NCBI GenBank assembly: GCA_964016885.1
Contig: OZ024751.1
Coordinates: 12,090,001 to 12,154,000, forward strand
From: Eledone cirrhosa
Taxonomy: Eukaryota
Length of the DNA: 64,000 nt
Direction: 5' to 3'
The notes below the pieces were generated by a model. The model was not told where the DNA came from, did not search any database, and worked only from the letters and a program-made list of their open reading frames with translations. The position numbers and the translations under genes are program-made. Below, piece after piece: positions 14,220 through 29,328 of this stretch (position 1 is its first letter; every line of letters begins with the position of its first letter).

Positions 14220-14352
<133 letters not shown>

Positions 14353-14379
14353 TATATATATACACATATATATATATAT

Positions 14380-15496
<1,117 letters not shown>

Positions 15497-15557
15497 GTAT
15501 ATATATATATGTATATATATATATATGTATATATATATATGTATATATATATATATG

Positions 15558-15756
<199 letters not shown>

Positions 15757-15796
15757 ATATATATATATATGTATACACACATATATATATATGTAT

Positions 15797-15841
<45 letters not shown>

Positions 15842-15855
15842 CACATATATATGGT

Positions 15856-16009
15856 GCCCTGCTTTGCAGCAAAGAGTTACGGCCCTTAATGATCTGAGTT
15901 CAAATCCTGCCGAGGTTAACTTTGCCTTTCATCTCCACGGGGTCGATAAAATAAAGTACCAGTAATACACTGGGATAATTGCTAGCCTTTTGCCAAAAGT
16001 AGAAACAAT
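15856..16009 (+). mobile_element. tRNA-derived SINE (family S1), 5'-truncated
   Basis: B box GAGTTCAAATCC, then GCCGAGGTTAACTTTGCCTTTCATC...GGGGTCGATAAAATAAAGTACCAG (Meta/MESC-domain-like, from memory). Confidence 0.85.
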
Positions 16010-16429
16010 CATATTCCTTAACTTGTTTTATAACATTTTGTATTAATAGATCTATAAATAATCAAATGAATTATGAATTTCTGCCCACCCTGTATATTTG
16101 ATTGTCTCTCTTGTTGTTTTCGGAGCATGAAGGACTATATTGATATGTGTAGTCCACACCATATTTGGAATCCATCACTATGTCGAAACCTTTGCTAAAT
16201 CAACAAAGATTATAAATATTTCATTCTTCCTTTCCCGTACATTCTCTTCAACCTGCCGTTCACACGGTATCATGACTATGCTTAATCGCACATCCATAAA
16301 GACACACTGCGTTTTAGGATAACCATAGTCCACCAGATGAGTAACTATTTGCCCACAACATAAAACAATGCCATTCCTCGATGCTTGTCATAGAAATTTT
16401 TTTTTTCTCTTGTTGATTAAATAGATAGG

Positions 16430-16945
16430 TAATACATTATTCTTTAAATTCTTGAAGAACTTGGTCATTCTTCCACCCCCAAAACGAACAAATCTATAAG
16501 CTTACACTTAGAAACGTCGCCGCCATATTAGTCTAGTTAAGAAATTTCTGACTTTAAATGAATTCAGTTAGTGACATTATGATCGTTAATACAAAATCCT
16601 TTAAATTCTTGAAGAGCCTGGCCATTCTTCCAATCCAAAACAGACAAATCTACAAGCTTACGCTCAGAAACGTGGTCTCTATATCTATAAGCCTCGGCTG
16701 GTATTGCATCATCTAGTGGCGTTTTATTTCATACCATTGGCTTCAGAGCTGTTTTGACTTTGACATATGTCCAATCAAAGTCCAGTTCAGAAATTTGTGG
16801 CTTTAAATGAATTGAGTTAGTGACATTATGATAGTTAATACAAGATTCTTTAAATTCCTGAAGAACCTGGACATTCTTCCAAACCAAAATGTACATATGT
16901 CCAGTCAAAGTCCAGTCCAGAAATGCCTGGCTTTAAATGGATTGA
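16430..16945. repeat. Three diverged direct repeats with internal indels
   Basis: CTTTAAATTCYTGAAGARCYTGGNCATTCTTCCA occurs at ~16442, ~16599 and ~16848. Confidence 0.8.
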
Positions 16946-17444
16946 GTATTTATTTTGATCCACATCCGATGGAGAATTCAATGTGTATATATATATGGGA
17001 AGGTAAAATAACCTTGATTTCTGAAAGTGATCTATCAATGTGTTAAATCATGGAAGCTAGAAGAAATAGTTATAAGAGAAACTTCTCCAGATTTAGCGAG
17101 ATGTTGCATATTTTTTTATGTGTGTACCTAGCTATGTTCATATGCATGAGTGCATGTTTGTATGTAAGTAAGTATGTGTATGCATGTATATATGTAAGTA
17201 TGTGTGTATGCATAAATGCATATGTATGCATACATGCTTACATAGATGTATAATATACAGAAACACACACACATACACATAATCATACAAACACACTCAC
17301 ATACTAATATATTAATATATGCATTTGTGTATATGTGCATATATGCGTATGTATGGAATATTTCTGAATATTGAGTATATGTAAATATATGTAACTTTAT
17401 AAATCTCTTACTGAACCTCTCAGTCTCCCCCCCCCCACATCTCT

Positions 17445-17502
<58 letters not shown>

Positions 17503-19563
17503 AAGAGACACAGATTCTTTGTAAGGTTTGTTAGCATTAGAGAAAACAGGAGAATACTACATATCTAGAGAGTAATGTAGAGAAAAGAAATAACCATAGA
17601 GGTAGAAGAGGCAGAGAGAAAATGGTCGAGAGGATGACTGGGTGGAGAATGAGGGAGAACAAAAGAGAGAGAAATAAGGAGATAGTGACAAAGAGAGAGA
17701 GAGAGGGAGCGAATATGTGCGAGGGGGGAGGTGACTGTGTGGGATAGAGGTGAGAATAAGAGAGAATTAGAGAGAGGGAAGAAGATAGAGAAAGAAAGAA
17801 AGAAAGAAGGGGAAAGGGAGAAAGCGAGAGAGAGAGAGAGAAAGAGATGGAGAGAGACAGACAGTGTCAGTGAAAGTGAGAAAAAGTGAAATAGAGACTG
17901 ATAAAGAGAAAGAGAGTGAATATGTGTGAGAGAGACGGGGGGGGAGAAGAGAATGAGAGAGAATCAAAGAGAGAGAATGGGGATAGAGAAAGAAGACAGA
18001 AAGGGGAGAAAGCGAGGGAGAGAGGGGATAGTTATTTCCTCGAAACGTTTTAACACGACCCCGCAGCGCAGATGGATGTTGGTTGCATTTAAGTGTTTTT
18101 GTTGTTGTTTTTTTGGGGGTCGGTGGGTGGGGGGGTTGCCTTATTTGGAGGGGTTTGTTTTATTCTGTGTTATATTTTTTTATCCATCTACGATGGACAC
18201 GCTTTAAGTTTTTAACAGATATTCCGTTGGGAATGGCTCCATTCATTTTGCTGGTTTAAAAGGTGACAGTTATACTTAATACCGCAATCAACTCAACCTT
18301 CGACGCAAGAACGATGAAAGATTATTTCTATTGATGTCTTAAACCAATGTTTGAACAGATTTTTCGCTCGCTAACAACAGATCGCTCTGTTACCATTGAC
18401 AGCAGCGACTCTGCTTGACAGACAGATCAAATATTAAGGCTTTTGCCGTCCGTTCTATTACATCAATTGATGGCTATATTCATATGCACCTTTATTTTAA
18501 CATCCACTAAACACCAGGGAGTGCAGAGTGTGCTGTAAATTGTGGCGTTCTGTTGACACTCCAGTTAGTCTCCAACCGCTTTTCACTTCGCTTATTCAAC
18601 TGAAGCATATCACTCTCTCTTTCGCGCTCTCTCTCTCTCTCTTTCTCTCTTTCACGCAATTTCTCTCTCTCTCTTTCTATTTCTCCCTTTCTCTCTTTCA
18701 CGCAATTTCTCTCTCTCTCTATTTCTCTCTTTCTCTCTTTCACACACTCTCTCTCTCTCTTTCTCTCTCTCTCTCGCTTTCTCTTTTTCTCTTTCACGCA
18801 ATTTCTCTCTCTCTCTCTCTCTCTCTCACTCTCTCTCTTACTCTCTTTTTTCTCTTTCACGCTCTCTCTCGCTCTCTCTCTCTCTCTCTCTTTCACGCAC
18901 TCTATCTTTCTTTCTCTCTCTCTCTCTCTCTTTCTCTCGTTCACGCACTCTCTCTTTCTCTCACTCTTTTTCTCTCTTTCTCTCGCTCACACACTCTTCC
19001 TTTCTCTCTTTCTCTTTCTCTTTCTTTCTCTCTCTCCCTTTCACTCTCTCTCTCTTTCTCTCTATTTCACTTTCTCTCTTTCTTTCTCTTTCACTCTATC
19101 TCATTTACTCACTTTCTCTCACTCTTTCTATCACTCTCTCCCTTTCTATCTTTCTCACGTTCTCTTACATTTCGTCTGTTTATTTATTTCGATCTTACAA
19201 ACATAAAAGCATAAACACACACATATGAACTGATCGCAGGCGCACACACACACACACACACATACACACACAGATAGAGAGAGGGAGAGAGAGAGAGAGA
19301 GAGAGACATATATATATATAGGTGTATAGATATATCACTATGAGCTCTGCTTCTTTTATTCCTTCTCTCTCTCTCAACAGATATATATACTAATATAAGC
19401 TCTCTCACAAACACTCCAATGTTACATTAGCATATACACAAAAACACACGATTGTCAACACATATTTACACACATATACACTCATAGCCACACAACAATC
19501 ATGCATATTTATATGCAATGAAAAGATACACACAAAAACACATACACACACACACACTTTCTC

Positions 19564-19624
<61 letters not shown>

Positions 19625-19654
19625 CTCTCTCTCTCTCATGTATGTGTGTATATC

Positions 19655-19696
<42 letters not shown>

Positions 19697-19839
19697 GAGA
19701 GAGAGAGAAAGAGACCGAGTAAGTAAGTTTCAGAGAGAGAGCAATAAAAATATGCTCTACTATGGACACTGACAAATATGCCTGGTCCATACACAAACAC
19801 ATAATCACACTTATACACACACACACACATACACATGTA

Positions 19840-20405
19840 CAGGGGTTGGACAAAATAATGGAAACACCTAGCATCATAGCATCATAATTTTGAAATATCT
19901 ATAAAACCGTCAAAAGCTTGTTTATTTTTATTGTTCTCGAAGTGGTCATTAAGCTCTGCAGTAATTTTGGGAGCTGTACTTTTGTGATCCTTTCTAACAA
20001 TTCACATAAGAGTCCGACGGTCCCTATCTGAAAGTTTTGGTTGTCTTCCGGAGTTTTGTTTCGACGAGGAGGTTTTTCCCTCTTTCTCAAAGACTGTCAT
20101 TATTTTCGAGACAGTACTTCTTGATACTACAAACATTTCGGCTGTTTTCGTTACACTAGCGCCTGCCATACAATCACAAACAATTTGACCTCTTTGAAAG
20201 TCCGATAGATCTGTCATTTTAATGAATTTTAATTACCTTTTTCTGATGATATCTGAAGAGAAACAGCAATTTTAACAAAACATAGTAAACAACAATAATA
20301 ATAAATCAAAAAACATTAAAATCACAAGCTTTTGACGGTTTTATAGATATTTCAAATTGAAGATGCTATGATGCTAGGTGTTTCCATTATTTTGTCCAAC
20401 CTCTG
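19840..20405 (-). mobile_element. Internally deleted Tc1/mariner DNA transposon
   Basis: ~85-bp TIRs CAG(G/A)GGTTGGACAAAATAATGGAAACACC, a TA target duplication on both sides, and a transposase N-terminus inside. Confidence 0.93.
19935..20217 (-). pseudogene. Tc1 transposase N-terminal paired-like HTH relic
   Basis: MTDLSDFQRGQIV...SRSTVSKI...SGRQPKLSDRDRRTL, then an in-frame stop. The DDE domain is deleted. Confidence 0.9.
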
Positions 20406-20800
20406 TATGTATACACACACACACACAGATTTTGTAGTTGCGCTTTGGCTTAGTAGGTCCACTGCTAATTCCTTTTCGTATTTCTGAAAAGAATAAACTA
20501 AAATACTGTAGCGGAAATAATTGTGTGGGGTTAGATAAAACATTCGATTCCATATAAAGCGATATAAACTTAAACCAGTAATCGTTCAGATGTATGTATG
20601 TATGTAAGTATGTATGTATGTGTGTATGTGTGTCTGTATAAATATGATTTCCACCGAATGGACCAGTTCTAGTCCTGTAGAAGCCATTTCTATATTGAAC
20701 CTGTTGTTTACACTCTACTATTGTATTGAGTACCCTACTGTGGTTACCCCCTATTGAGCCCTCCCCAATTCCATATATATATATATATATGTGTGTGTGT

Positions 20801-21094
20801 ATATATAATAAAGAAGAAATTAAAAGATGGTAAAAGAGTTCCATATATTTTATTGTGCGTATTTCGAATACAAATCATCTTGGGACAAAAATTGTGTTCT
20901 CATCTGATGAGAACACAATTTTTGTCCCAGGATGATTTTGTATTCGAAATGCGCACAATAAAATATATGGAACTCTTTTAACCATCTTTTAATTTCTTCT
21001 TTATTATATATGTTCCAGTTCTACCAACTGTTGAGTGGTACTTATCTGATATATGTATAGTTTTATTGTTCTACAATATTACCCACCTTCTACA
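20801..21094 (+). mobile_element. Family-1-related perfect fold-back centred on the HHR core, plus tail
   Basis: Palindrome 20801-21010 is centred on 20905 (CTCATC-T-GATGAG). Tail 21011-21094 is homologous to 3318-3403. Confidence 0.8.
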
Positions 21095-21221
21095 TATATA
21101 TATATACACGTCCTTTTATTATTATATTACACTCTGTTTAGCTCTACACCTCGCTACTTCATGAACCTAAACATCCAGTGCTCACCTGGGTGAACCTACA
21201 ATAACTTCACGTTACACTCCC

Positions 21222-21259
<38 letters not shown>

Positions 21260-21622
21260 CATAATTAAATATAAGGTCTAAGTTTAGATTAGGTATAGCC
21301 CAACCACTAGCTAATCACTCGATGAATTTACTGAAATCGCATATTGTAAAAACAAATCCGCAAATCAGAGTAAAACAATGGCTGAAAGGCTAAGTGTGGG
21401 AACATGTATAGTGCTCCGAATTGTAAGAGTTTCATTGCCACATTCTATATGAGCCGATGCAATTGCAGCTTGTGTATATAGAGGTCATTCGATGTTTCCA
21501 AAAGATTAGAAAGATCTCATGACTAGGACTAACGGGATAAATCGTCAGCGGAGATCAGCCTAGAACTAACGGAATAATTCATATATATATCGCTTTTTCT
21601 ACAGGCGAAAAACGATTCTCGC

Positions 21623-21678
<56 letters not shown>

Positions 21679-21684
<6 letters not shown>

Positions 21685-22327
21685 TATGTATACGTACATA
21701 CATATATGTATACAGACGTACAGTAGTATGTATATATATATACATACATGCACACATATATATATGTACGTATGGATTCACCAAACATTTATTATAATGC
21801 TCGGGGTCTTTGTAAACAAACATCCCGTATAAAGCCGCAGTGTCTAGCAACCACCGTTGCTCGTTCGTTCAACACTAACAAAGGAACGCTGTACTAGTTT
21901 CAAGCTTGTTAGCTATCGTCTGCAACGTATAACTTCCTGCCAGATTGTTGAACGTCCGAAAGTATATATTTACCTCATGCATATTAACGGCTGAGTAGCC
22001 AATTTGCATATCGAGTGGGTTAATCGGCCGGGTGCACCGAAAACGATAAACGGAAAAAAATGAAACGAAGGTATACGTTGCTGACGATAGCTAACAAGCT
22101 TGAAACTAGTACAGCGTTCCTTTGTCAGTGTTGAACAAACGAGCAACGGTGGTTGCTAGACACTGCGGCTTTATACGGGATGTTTGTTTACAAACACACC
22201 GAGCATTATAATAAATGTTTGGTGAATCCATACGTACATATATATATGTGTGCATGTATGTATATATATATATACATACTACTGTACGTCTGTATACATA
22301 TATGTATGTACGTATACATACTTATAT
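21679..22327. mobile_element. Fold-back element with ~250-bp arms, each carrying an HHR (family 3)
   Basis: Arms 21679-21931 and 22072-22327 are near-perfect reverse complements. Confidence 0.85.
22076..22116 (+). ncRNA. Minimal type I hammerhead ribozyme (family 3)
   Basis: CGTTG-CTGACGA-tAGCT aaca AGCTt-GAAA-CTAG-TA-CAGCG, with a GUA site and palindromic stem III. The mirror copy at 21887-21927 has a mutated core (CAGACGA). Confidence 0.85.
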
Positions 22328-22964
22328 TTAAGTAACAGCCGTACTAAGAGTGGGAAATGAAATTTCGTTTCATTTTTTCCGTTTATACATATACACTTGT
22401 GTGTTTGTGTATGTATATGTATATACATAATTGCATACTCTATTTTTATTAAATATATAATTATAGCAAAGTCGTATAACATGATTGCTTCGTAATTCTG
22501 GCATATTTCGCCTTAAAAGTTATTTTTCCTTTCTTTTGATTTTCTTTCATTCTTTATATGGGAGGCTCCAGATTTAAGAAATGTACTTGTCCATATTCGT
22601 ATAGTTTTTAGGATTTCTTTCTAGTAAAACAACCAAATTTTAAATTACATCTTTACATGACACGAAGAAATGAATGTAAGAATTAATTATAGAAATATTT
22701 TTATGGGTAAAAATATTTCTATAAATATGTTTTAGAGGTTGATTTACTCTCATATCATAGATGTTCGTGAGAAAAAGATTGGGAGATTTAGTATCAGGAT
22801 CGATATATGTATGACTGTAACTCCCGATAGAGTCGTAGGGGCGTTTCTTGGGAATGTTAAGCCTGGCAGAGCCCATCTCTCTCCAGACTCGAGTATAGTA
22901 GATTTCTTCCTTCCAGAGAAAGATGGAAAGTGAGAGGCTAGAAATGAGAAAGAGATATAGAGGA

Positions 22965-23112
22965 AGTATCGACCCCAGTACTGGACTGATACTATTTTAT
23001 CGACCACGAAAGGATGAAAGGTACAGTTGACCTCGGCGGGGTTTGAACTCAGCGAACAGAGAGCCCGAACGAATACCATAAAGCATTCTATCTGACGTTC
23101 TAACGACTCCGC
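22965..23112 (-). mobile_element. tRNA-derived SINE (S1 subfamily)
   Basis: TTTTATCGACC...AGGATGAAAGG...GACCTCGGCGGGGTTTGAACTCAG. Confidence 0.8.
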
Positions 23113-23838
23113 CATTCTATCTGACGTTCTAACGACTCTGCCATTCTATCTGACGTTCTAACGACTCTGCCATTCTATCTGACGGTCTAACGACTCTGCC
23201 ATTCTATCTGACGGTCTAACGACTCTGCCATTCTATCTGACGTTCTAACGACTCTGCCATTCTATTTGACGTTCTAACGACTCCGCCATTCTATCTGACG
23301 GTCTAACGACTCTGCCATTCTATCTGAAGTTCTAACGACTCTGCCATTCTATCTGACGGTCTAACGACTCTGCCATTCTATCTGACGGTCTAATGACTCT
23401 GCCATTCTATCTGACGGTCTAACGACTCTGCCATTCTATCTGACGTTCTAACGACTCTGCCATTCTATCTGACGTTCTAACGACTCTGCCATTCTATCTG
23501 ACGGTCTAACGACTCTGCCATTCTATCTGACCTTCTAACGACTCTGCCATTCTATCTGACGGTCTAACGACTCTGCCATTCTATCTGACGTTCTAACGAC
23601 TCTGCCATTCTATCTGACGTTCTAACGACTCTGCCATTCTATCTGACGTTCTAACGACTCCGCCATTCTATCTGACGGTCTAACGACTCTGCCATTCTAT
23701 CTGACGGTCTAACGACTCTGCCATTCTATCTGACGTTCTAACGACTCTGCCATTCTATCTGACGTTCTAACGACTCCGCCATTCTATCTGACGTTCTAAC
23801 GACTGCGCCATTCTATCTGACGTTCTAACGGCTATGCC
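23084..23838. repeat. 29-bp minisatellite, ~26 copies, derived from the SINE head
   Basis: Unit CATTCTATCTGACGKTCTAACGACTCYGC with no spacers. Confidence 0.95.
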
Positions 23839-25080
23839 AGTTTGCAGATTAGGATCCATAAAATTGACTAAATCCCTTGAAAGTTGTGATCTAGCATGGT
23901 CCCAGTCTAATGCCAACAAATTAACCTCAGTGTACAAGAATATGTATTTCCTTATCATTTAATGCAATGAAAAAACATCCAAACGCCTAGAGACAGATGG
24001 GCTCCGCCAGGCTTAAAATTGCGCAAGAAACGATGTACGTCAATACGGCACCCCTACGACTGTATCAGGAGTTACGGGACCATCCATCCATCCATCCATC
24101 CATCCATCCATCCATCCATCCATACATACATACATAAGTAATGAAATATTTTCAATAAAAAGATATTTTGGTGAGGGATTTTAAAAAAAACTTACATTGT
24201 TTTGCACATTTTTTTCAACATGAGGATATCTGCAATGGAGATGGTGGGAGTGTTGGTGATGTTGGCGGTGGTGATGGTGGTGGTGGTGGTGGTGTTGATG
24301 GTAATGGTCATGGTGCCAGCGTTGATGATGGTAGTAGTGATGTTGATGGTGATGACGATGTTAGTGGTAATGGTAACAACGGCAATGGTGTCGATAATAG
24401 TAATGGTGATGGTGTTAGTGTGAGTGGTAAGGATGGTAGTAGTTGTTGAAATGGTGGTTGTGGTAGTGGCGGTAGTGGTAGCAGAAATGGTAGTAGTGGT
24501 ATGGTAATGCTGGTAGTGGAAGTCGTATTTATGGCAGTGTTAGTGGTAATGTTAGTGGTGATAGAGGTAATGGTGGTAAATATACATATATTTATACACA
24601 CATATAAATATATGTATACACATACGCACACACACATATGTATATGTATATATGTGTTTTATATATTTATATATTTATATATGTGTTTTATATTTATATA
24701 TTTTATTATGTTTTACAACTGTTATTTTGGCGCCTGTCCTCCAGTATGATGAGACACCTAGAGATGTGCAGACGACACGCTAATGAGTGCAACACTACCA
24801 GTTCCTTGCACGGGTTTGAGATGAGGGGGTCATAGTGTCTACTGCGATATCAATGTTAGGTGTCTATGTGTGTGTGTGGATGCCAGTACGTGTGTATATG
24901 TGTCTAAGTGTATGCAGAGAGAGGAGATAGAGAGAGCAGCAGATGTAAATTGAGAGAGGTAGGGAGAGAGAGAGAGAGATAGAGACAAGGAAAGAGAGAG
25001 AGCGAGAATGAGAGAGTGGGGAAAGACAGAGGAGAGAGAAAAGAAGAGTGAGAGGAGTAAAGAGAGAAGGAGAGAGTAAT

Positions 25081-25114
<34 letters not shown>

Positions 25115-25261
25115 CTCGATCCCTAACTGGAGACGAGCATGACGGTGGCATTGTAATTGTGTGTGTGTGCGTGTTTCTGTGCGTGTATCATTGTGTGTCT
25201 GAGAATGTGTTAGTTCATCTCTATGTGTGTAGGTATATATGCAGGTGTGTGTATACATAAT

Positions 25262-25325
<64 letters not shown>

Positions 25326-25411
25326 CGAGTGATGTACAAGTTAATGCATATGTCTACAAATAATTCGTTATTGCTGGTGAGTGCAATGAAGGGGTGACAT
25401 GGGATACTGTG

Positions 25412-25452
<41 letters not shown>

Positions 25453-25476
25453 TCATATATATATGTGCGCTTATAC

Positions 25477-25534
<58 letters not shown>

Positions 25535-25537
25535 CTC

Positions 25538-25577
<40 letters not shown>

Positions 25578-25717
25578 CAGAGGTGGGTGAGTTGAGGCCT
25601 GATACGAAGGCTTCCAGACAGGAGCCTGTCGCCCAGACATCCGGGAAGATACTGAGGTCAAAGAGTACATCTGTTAAAATGCCATATCAACAGCTTATTG
25701 GATTAAAAACTGTTTCC

Positions 25718-25754
<37 letters not shown>

Positions 25755-25881
25755 TATATATATAATTATATATATATATACACGCATATATGCAATTACA
25801 CATCTTATTTATTTCACTCTTGTATATACTTTCCTAAGTATATAAATATATCTGTGTGTTTGTGTGTGTGTTTGTGTCTAA

Positions 25882-25917
<36 letters not shown>

Positions 25918-26118
25918 AAGATTTGTAATTGCATCCCTATGCTATATATATATATATATATATACACATATATACATATACAGAGAGAGAGAAATTATTT
26001 TTATTTCCATGTATTTTCAACAACTTATTATCTTTTTCTTTGGCGTGAAGAGAATGAGAATATAAATGAAAGACTGATGGAAATTCTGAAAATAAAAGAA
26101 CAGTACACATACATTTAA

Positions 26119-26538
<420 letters not shown>

Positions 26539-26553
26539 GTATATATATGTATA

Positions 26554-26595
<42 letters not shown>

Positions 26596-26699
26596 CACAC
26601 GTTAGAATGAATGTGTTGATATCAAAAGGAAAACTAGTAAGTAAATATCTGAAAATATTTAATGGAAATGTGGGTTAGAAAATTACATAAAATATGAAC

Positions 26700-27065
26700 A
26701 GTGCTGGTCGCTTTCCATGCCAGCCGCTCTCAATGGGATCGATAAAAATGTGTCGCAGGCTTCCCTTTATAGCTAGAGTCGGTGAGTTTAGGCAGAGGTC
26801 AGATGACTTCGTACCCTTCATGTACGACATGACATGCAGATATACTTTCTCCAGCGGTTTACCACAGCCTCCGTTACCCGAGTATTCAGATAGGTTTGTC
26901 GTTCAACCTGTTGCAGTGGAGACTTCTGGTGTTTTGGGGGCTGATTACCTCCCTACTCACAGCTATATGAGCAGAGCTGGCTACCGGAAGTTGTGAGCCC
27001 TGAGAGTTGGAATGGTTATTTCAATGCGTCTCTCTCGCTATCCTTCGGGTTAACGCTCTCTCCAC
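26700..27065 (+). pseudogene. Decayed restriction-like endonuclease region of a CRE-like non-LTR retrotransposon
   Basis: Across frameshifts it reads SAGRFP...DMTC..TF...DRFVVQPVAVETSGVLG...EWLFQCVSLAILRVNA, matching the PxAxETxGxxG and QRxSxAxxRGNA pattern. Confidence 0.7.
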
Positions 27066-28231
27066 TAGGACTATGAGGGTCTTCTACCTGTGCTTCAGCA
27101 TACCAGAAAATAACCTTTCACGTTATCTGTGCATGTATCACTGGGGTGTCCATGTTGTAGGTTGCTGATATTTAAGCTTACACATACATGTAGGAAGATA
27201 AAATATATAGAGTGTGGTCTAAATTTCACTAAAACATTTCACAAAATAATAACACTATTATTATAAAATATTCGCATTTATTCAGTTCTAAACAATAAAT
27301 ACACTTTGGGAGCCTTTTGAGTTACTCTTGGGTCTCAAATAATTGTTCTGCATATTAATTTTTCAGATGTTTTCCAACAGCCCCGCATATTAAACTTTGC
27401 TTATCTACCCCCGGCGAAATTTTACTTTGAGTGGTAGCATCCCTGCAACAATTAATTTTCTTTATACATTAAAAAACATTATACATGATGAAAAATGAAC
27501 ATTCCTAGAAATCCCATACGTTATAAAATAAATAGAATGGGTTGTGTGTCTCTATGTAAACTAAACGTTTTAAAAAAAATCAACTGAGACAACCTAGAAT
27601 AATTATATATTTTTCGCCCAGCCCCAACTTGTTCACCCCCCCCCCATGGTATGCCCCCCCCCCTGGTATTATTTGGGACCGGAGAGTACCTCGTTCATTC
27701 CAATATCCTCAGTCTTTACACGTTTTCACACACATAAAGACCACTAACATTTATATATGCGTGTGCACTTAGGCAAAAGTTTAAATTATATACCCGTTCC
27801 AAACGGTATAACTTCTTGGAGCGCGTTGTCAATTATCCTACTATATTCTTTTCTATAGTAATGTATGTTATAAAAGGTACGTGGAGCCAACAAGAACAGT
27901 ATATTTGCAATAAAATTGGAATATAGATAAACGTATAACGAGTGTATGTTTGTGTTTTTGTATATCTCCTGAGTTTAAGTTGTTTAGATAGTGCAGAAAT
28001 ATGTTCTATTATGACATACATTCTATGATTGTATTATATAAATCTCATCAAACTCACTAACCGGACAATGTATACATGTATATATCGACCTTAAAGTATG
28101 AAATTTTCCCTAAAAATTATGTGTTTTATATATTTGTACAAAATGCAATGTCTTTCTCAAATGACACATGGCCCTTTCTCTCTCTATATGTATACATATA
28201 TCGTTTAATTGGAATTATATTTGTCGCATCG

Positions 28232-28321
28232 CCAGTCTGAGGAGCGGATCGATGCTAAGGTCGGGTCCATAACTCGTATGGGTCACCTTGAGCCAATCCT
28301 CTGCGAAACGCGCGTAACAGG
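28232..28321 (+). ncRNA. Type I hammerhead ribozyme with long stem II (family 4)
   Basis: CCAGT-CTGAGGA-GCGGA...TCTGC-GAAA-CGCGCG-TA-ACAGG, with a GUA site and AATAAA downstream. Confidence 0.8.
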
Positions 28322-29158
28322 TAGATACGCAATAAATATGTTTCATATGTAAACGAAACTTCCTCGTTTTTTCTATTATATATATATATATATATATATA
28401 TGTGTCTGTGTGTATATGTGTGTGTGTGTGTGTGTGCATGTGTGTGCATGTGCGTGTATATGTGTGTATATATGTGTGTGTATGTGTGTGTGTGTATGTG
28501 TGTGTATATGTGTGTATGTATGTGTAGGTATATATATGTGTATGTATATATATATATATGTGTGTATGTGTATATATATATATATATGTGTGTGTATGTG
28601 TATGTATATATACGTGTGTATGTGTATGTATATATACGTGTGTATGTGTATGTATATATACATGTGTGTGTATGTATATATATACATATATATATATAAG
28701 TATGTGTGTGTATGTGTGTGTTTACATATACATATTTAGAAAGAGATAGAGTGATAGAGTGAAAGAGGGAATGTCAGAGAAAGAGAGAGAGAGAGATAGA
28801 CATAGAGAGCTAGCTGTGGGTATGTACCAACTAGTGCAGCTAGTTTGACAGACGACCTGTGAGATAGAGAGAAGACGGTAATTAAATAGGCAACTGTATG
28901 TCGACTGGGAGGTGTCCATGTAGTTAATTATAAGGCCAGACACCGTTCCATTCTTCTTTCTTTCCAATAGTTGCCGGGGAAATCATTAGCTTTGCTCTTT
29001 CTAAAGCAAATTGCACCTTTACTAATATAACCCTGTATTTTACCTTCTTACTTATAATTCTATTCTCTTTTTTCGCTAGTTTTATTTTTAATTCTCTTTC
29101 TATATTCCCTTTTGCTCTATGCATTTTTTTCGGTATACATGTAAGCATGTAGGCATGC

Positions 29159-29250
<92 letters not shown>

Positions 29251-29286
29251 ATGTGTGTAAATATATATGTATATACATACACACAA

Positions 29287-29328
<42 letters not shown>

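Larger units (their letters stand above)
22815..24077. mobile_element. Putative non-autonomous TIR element hosting a SINE and a minisatellite
   Basis: Diverged ~70-bp inverted repeats at 22815-22886 and 23987-24077; the right one has an 18-bp insertion. No TSD was identified. Confidence 0.6.

Noticed and set aside
23084-23838. CRISPR-like 29-bp repeats
   Set aside because: The units are contiguous with no unique spacers, there are no cas genes, and the context is eukaryotic.
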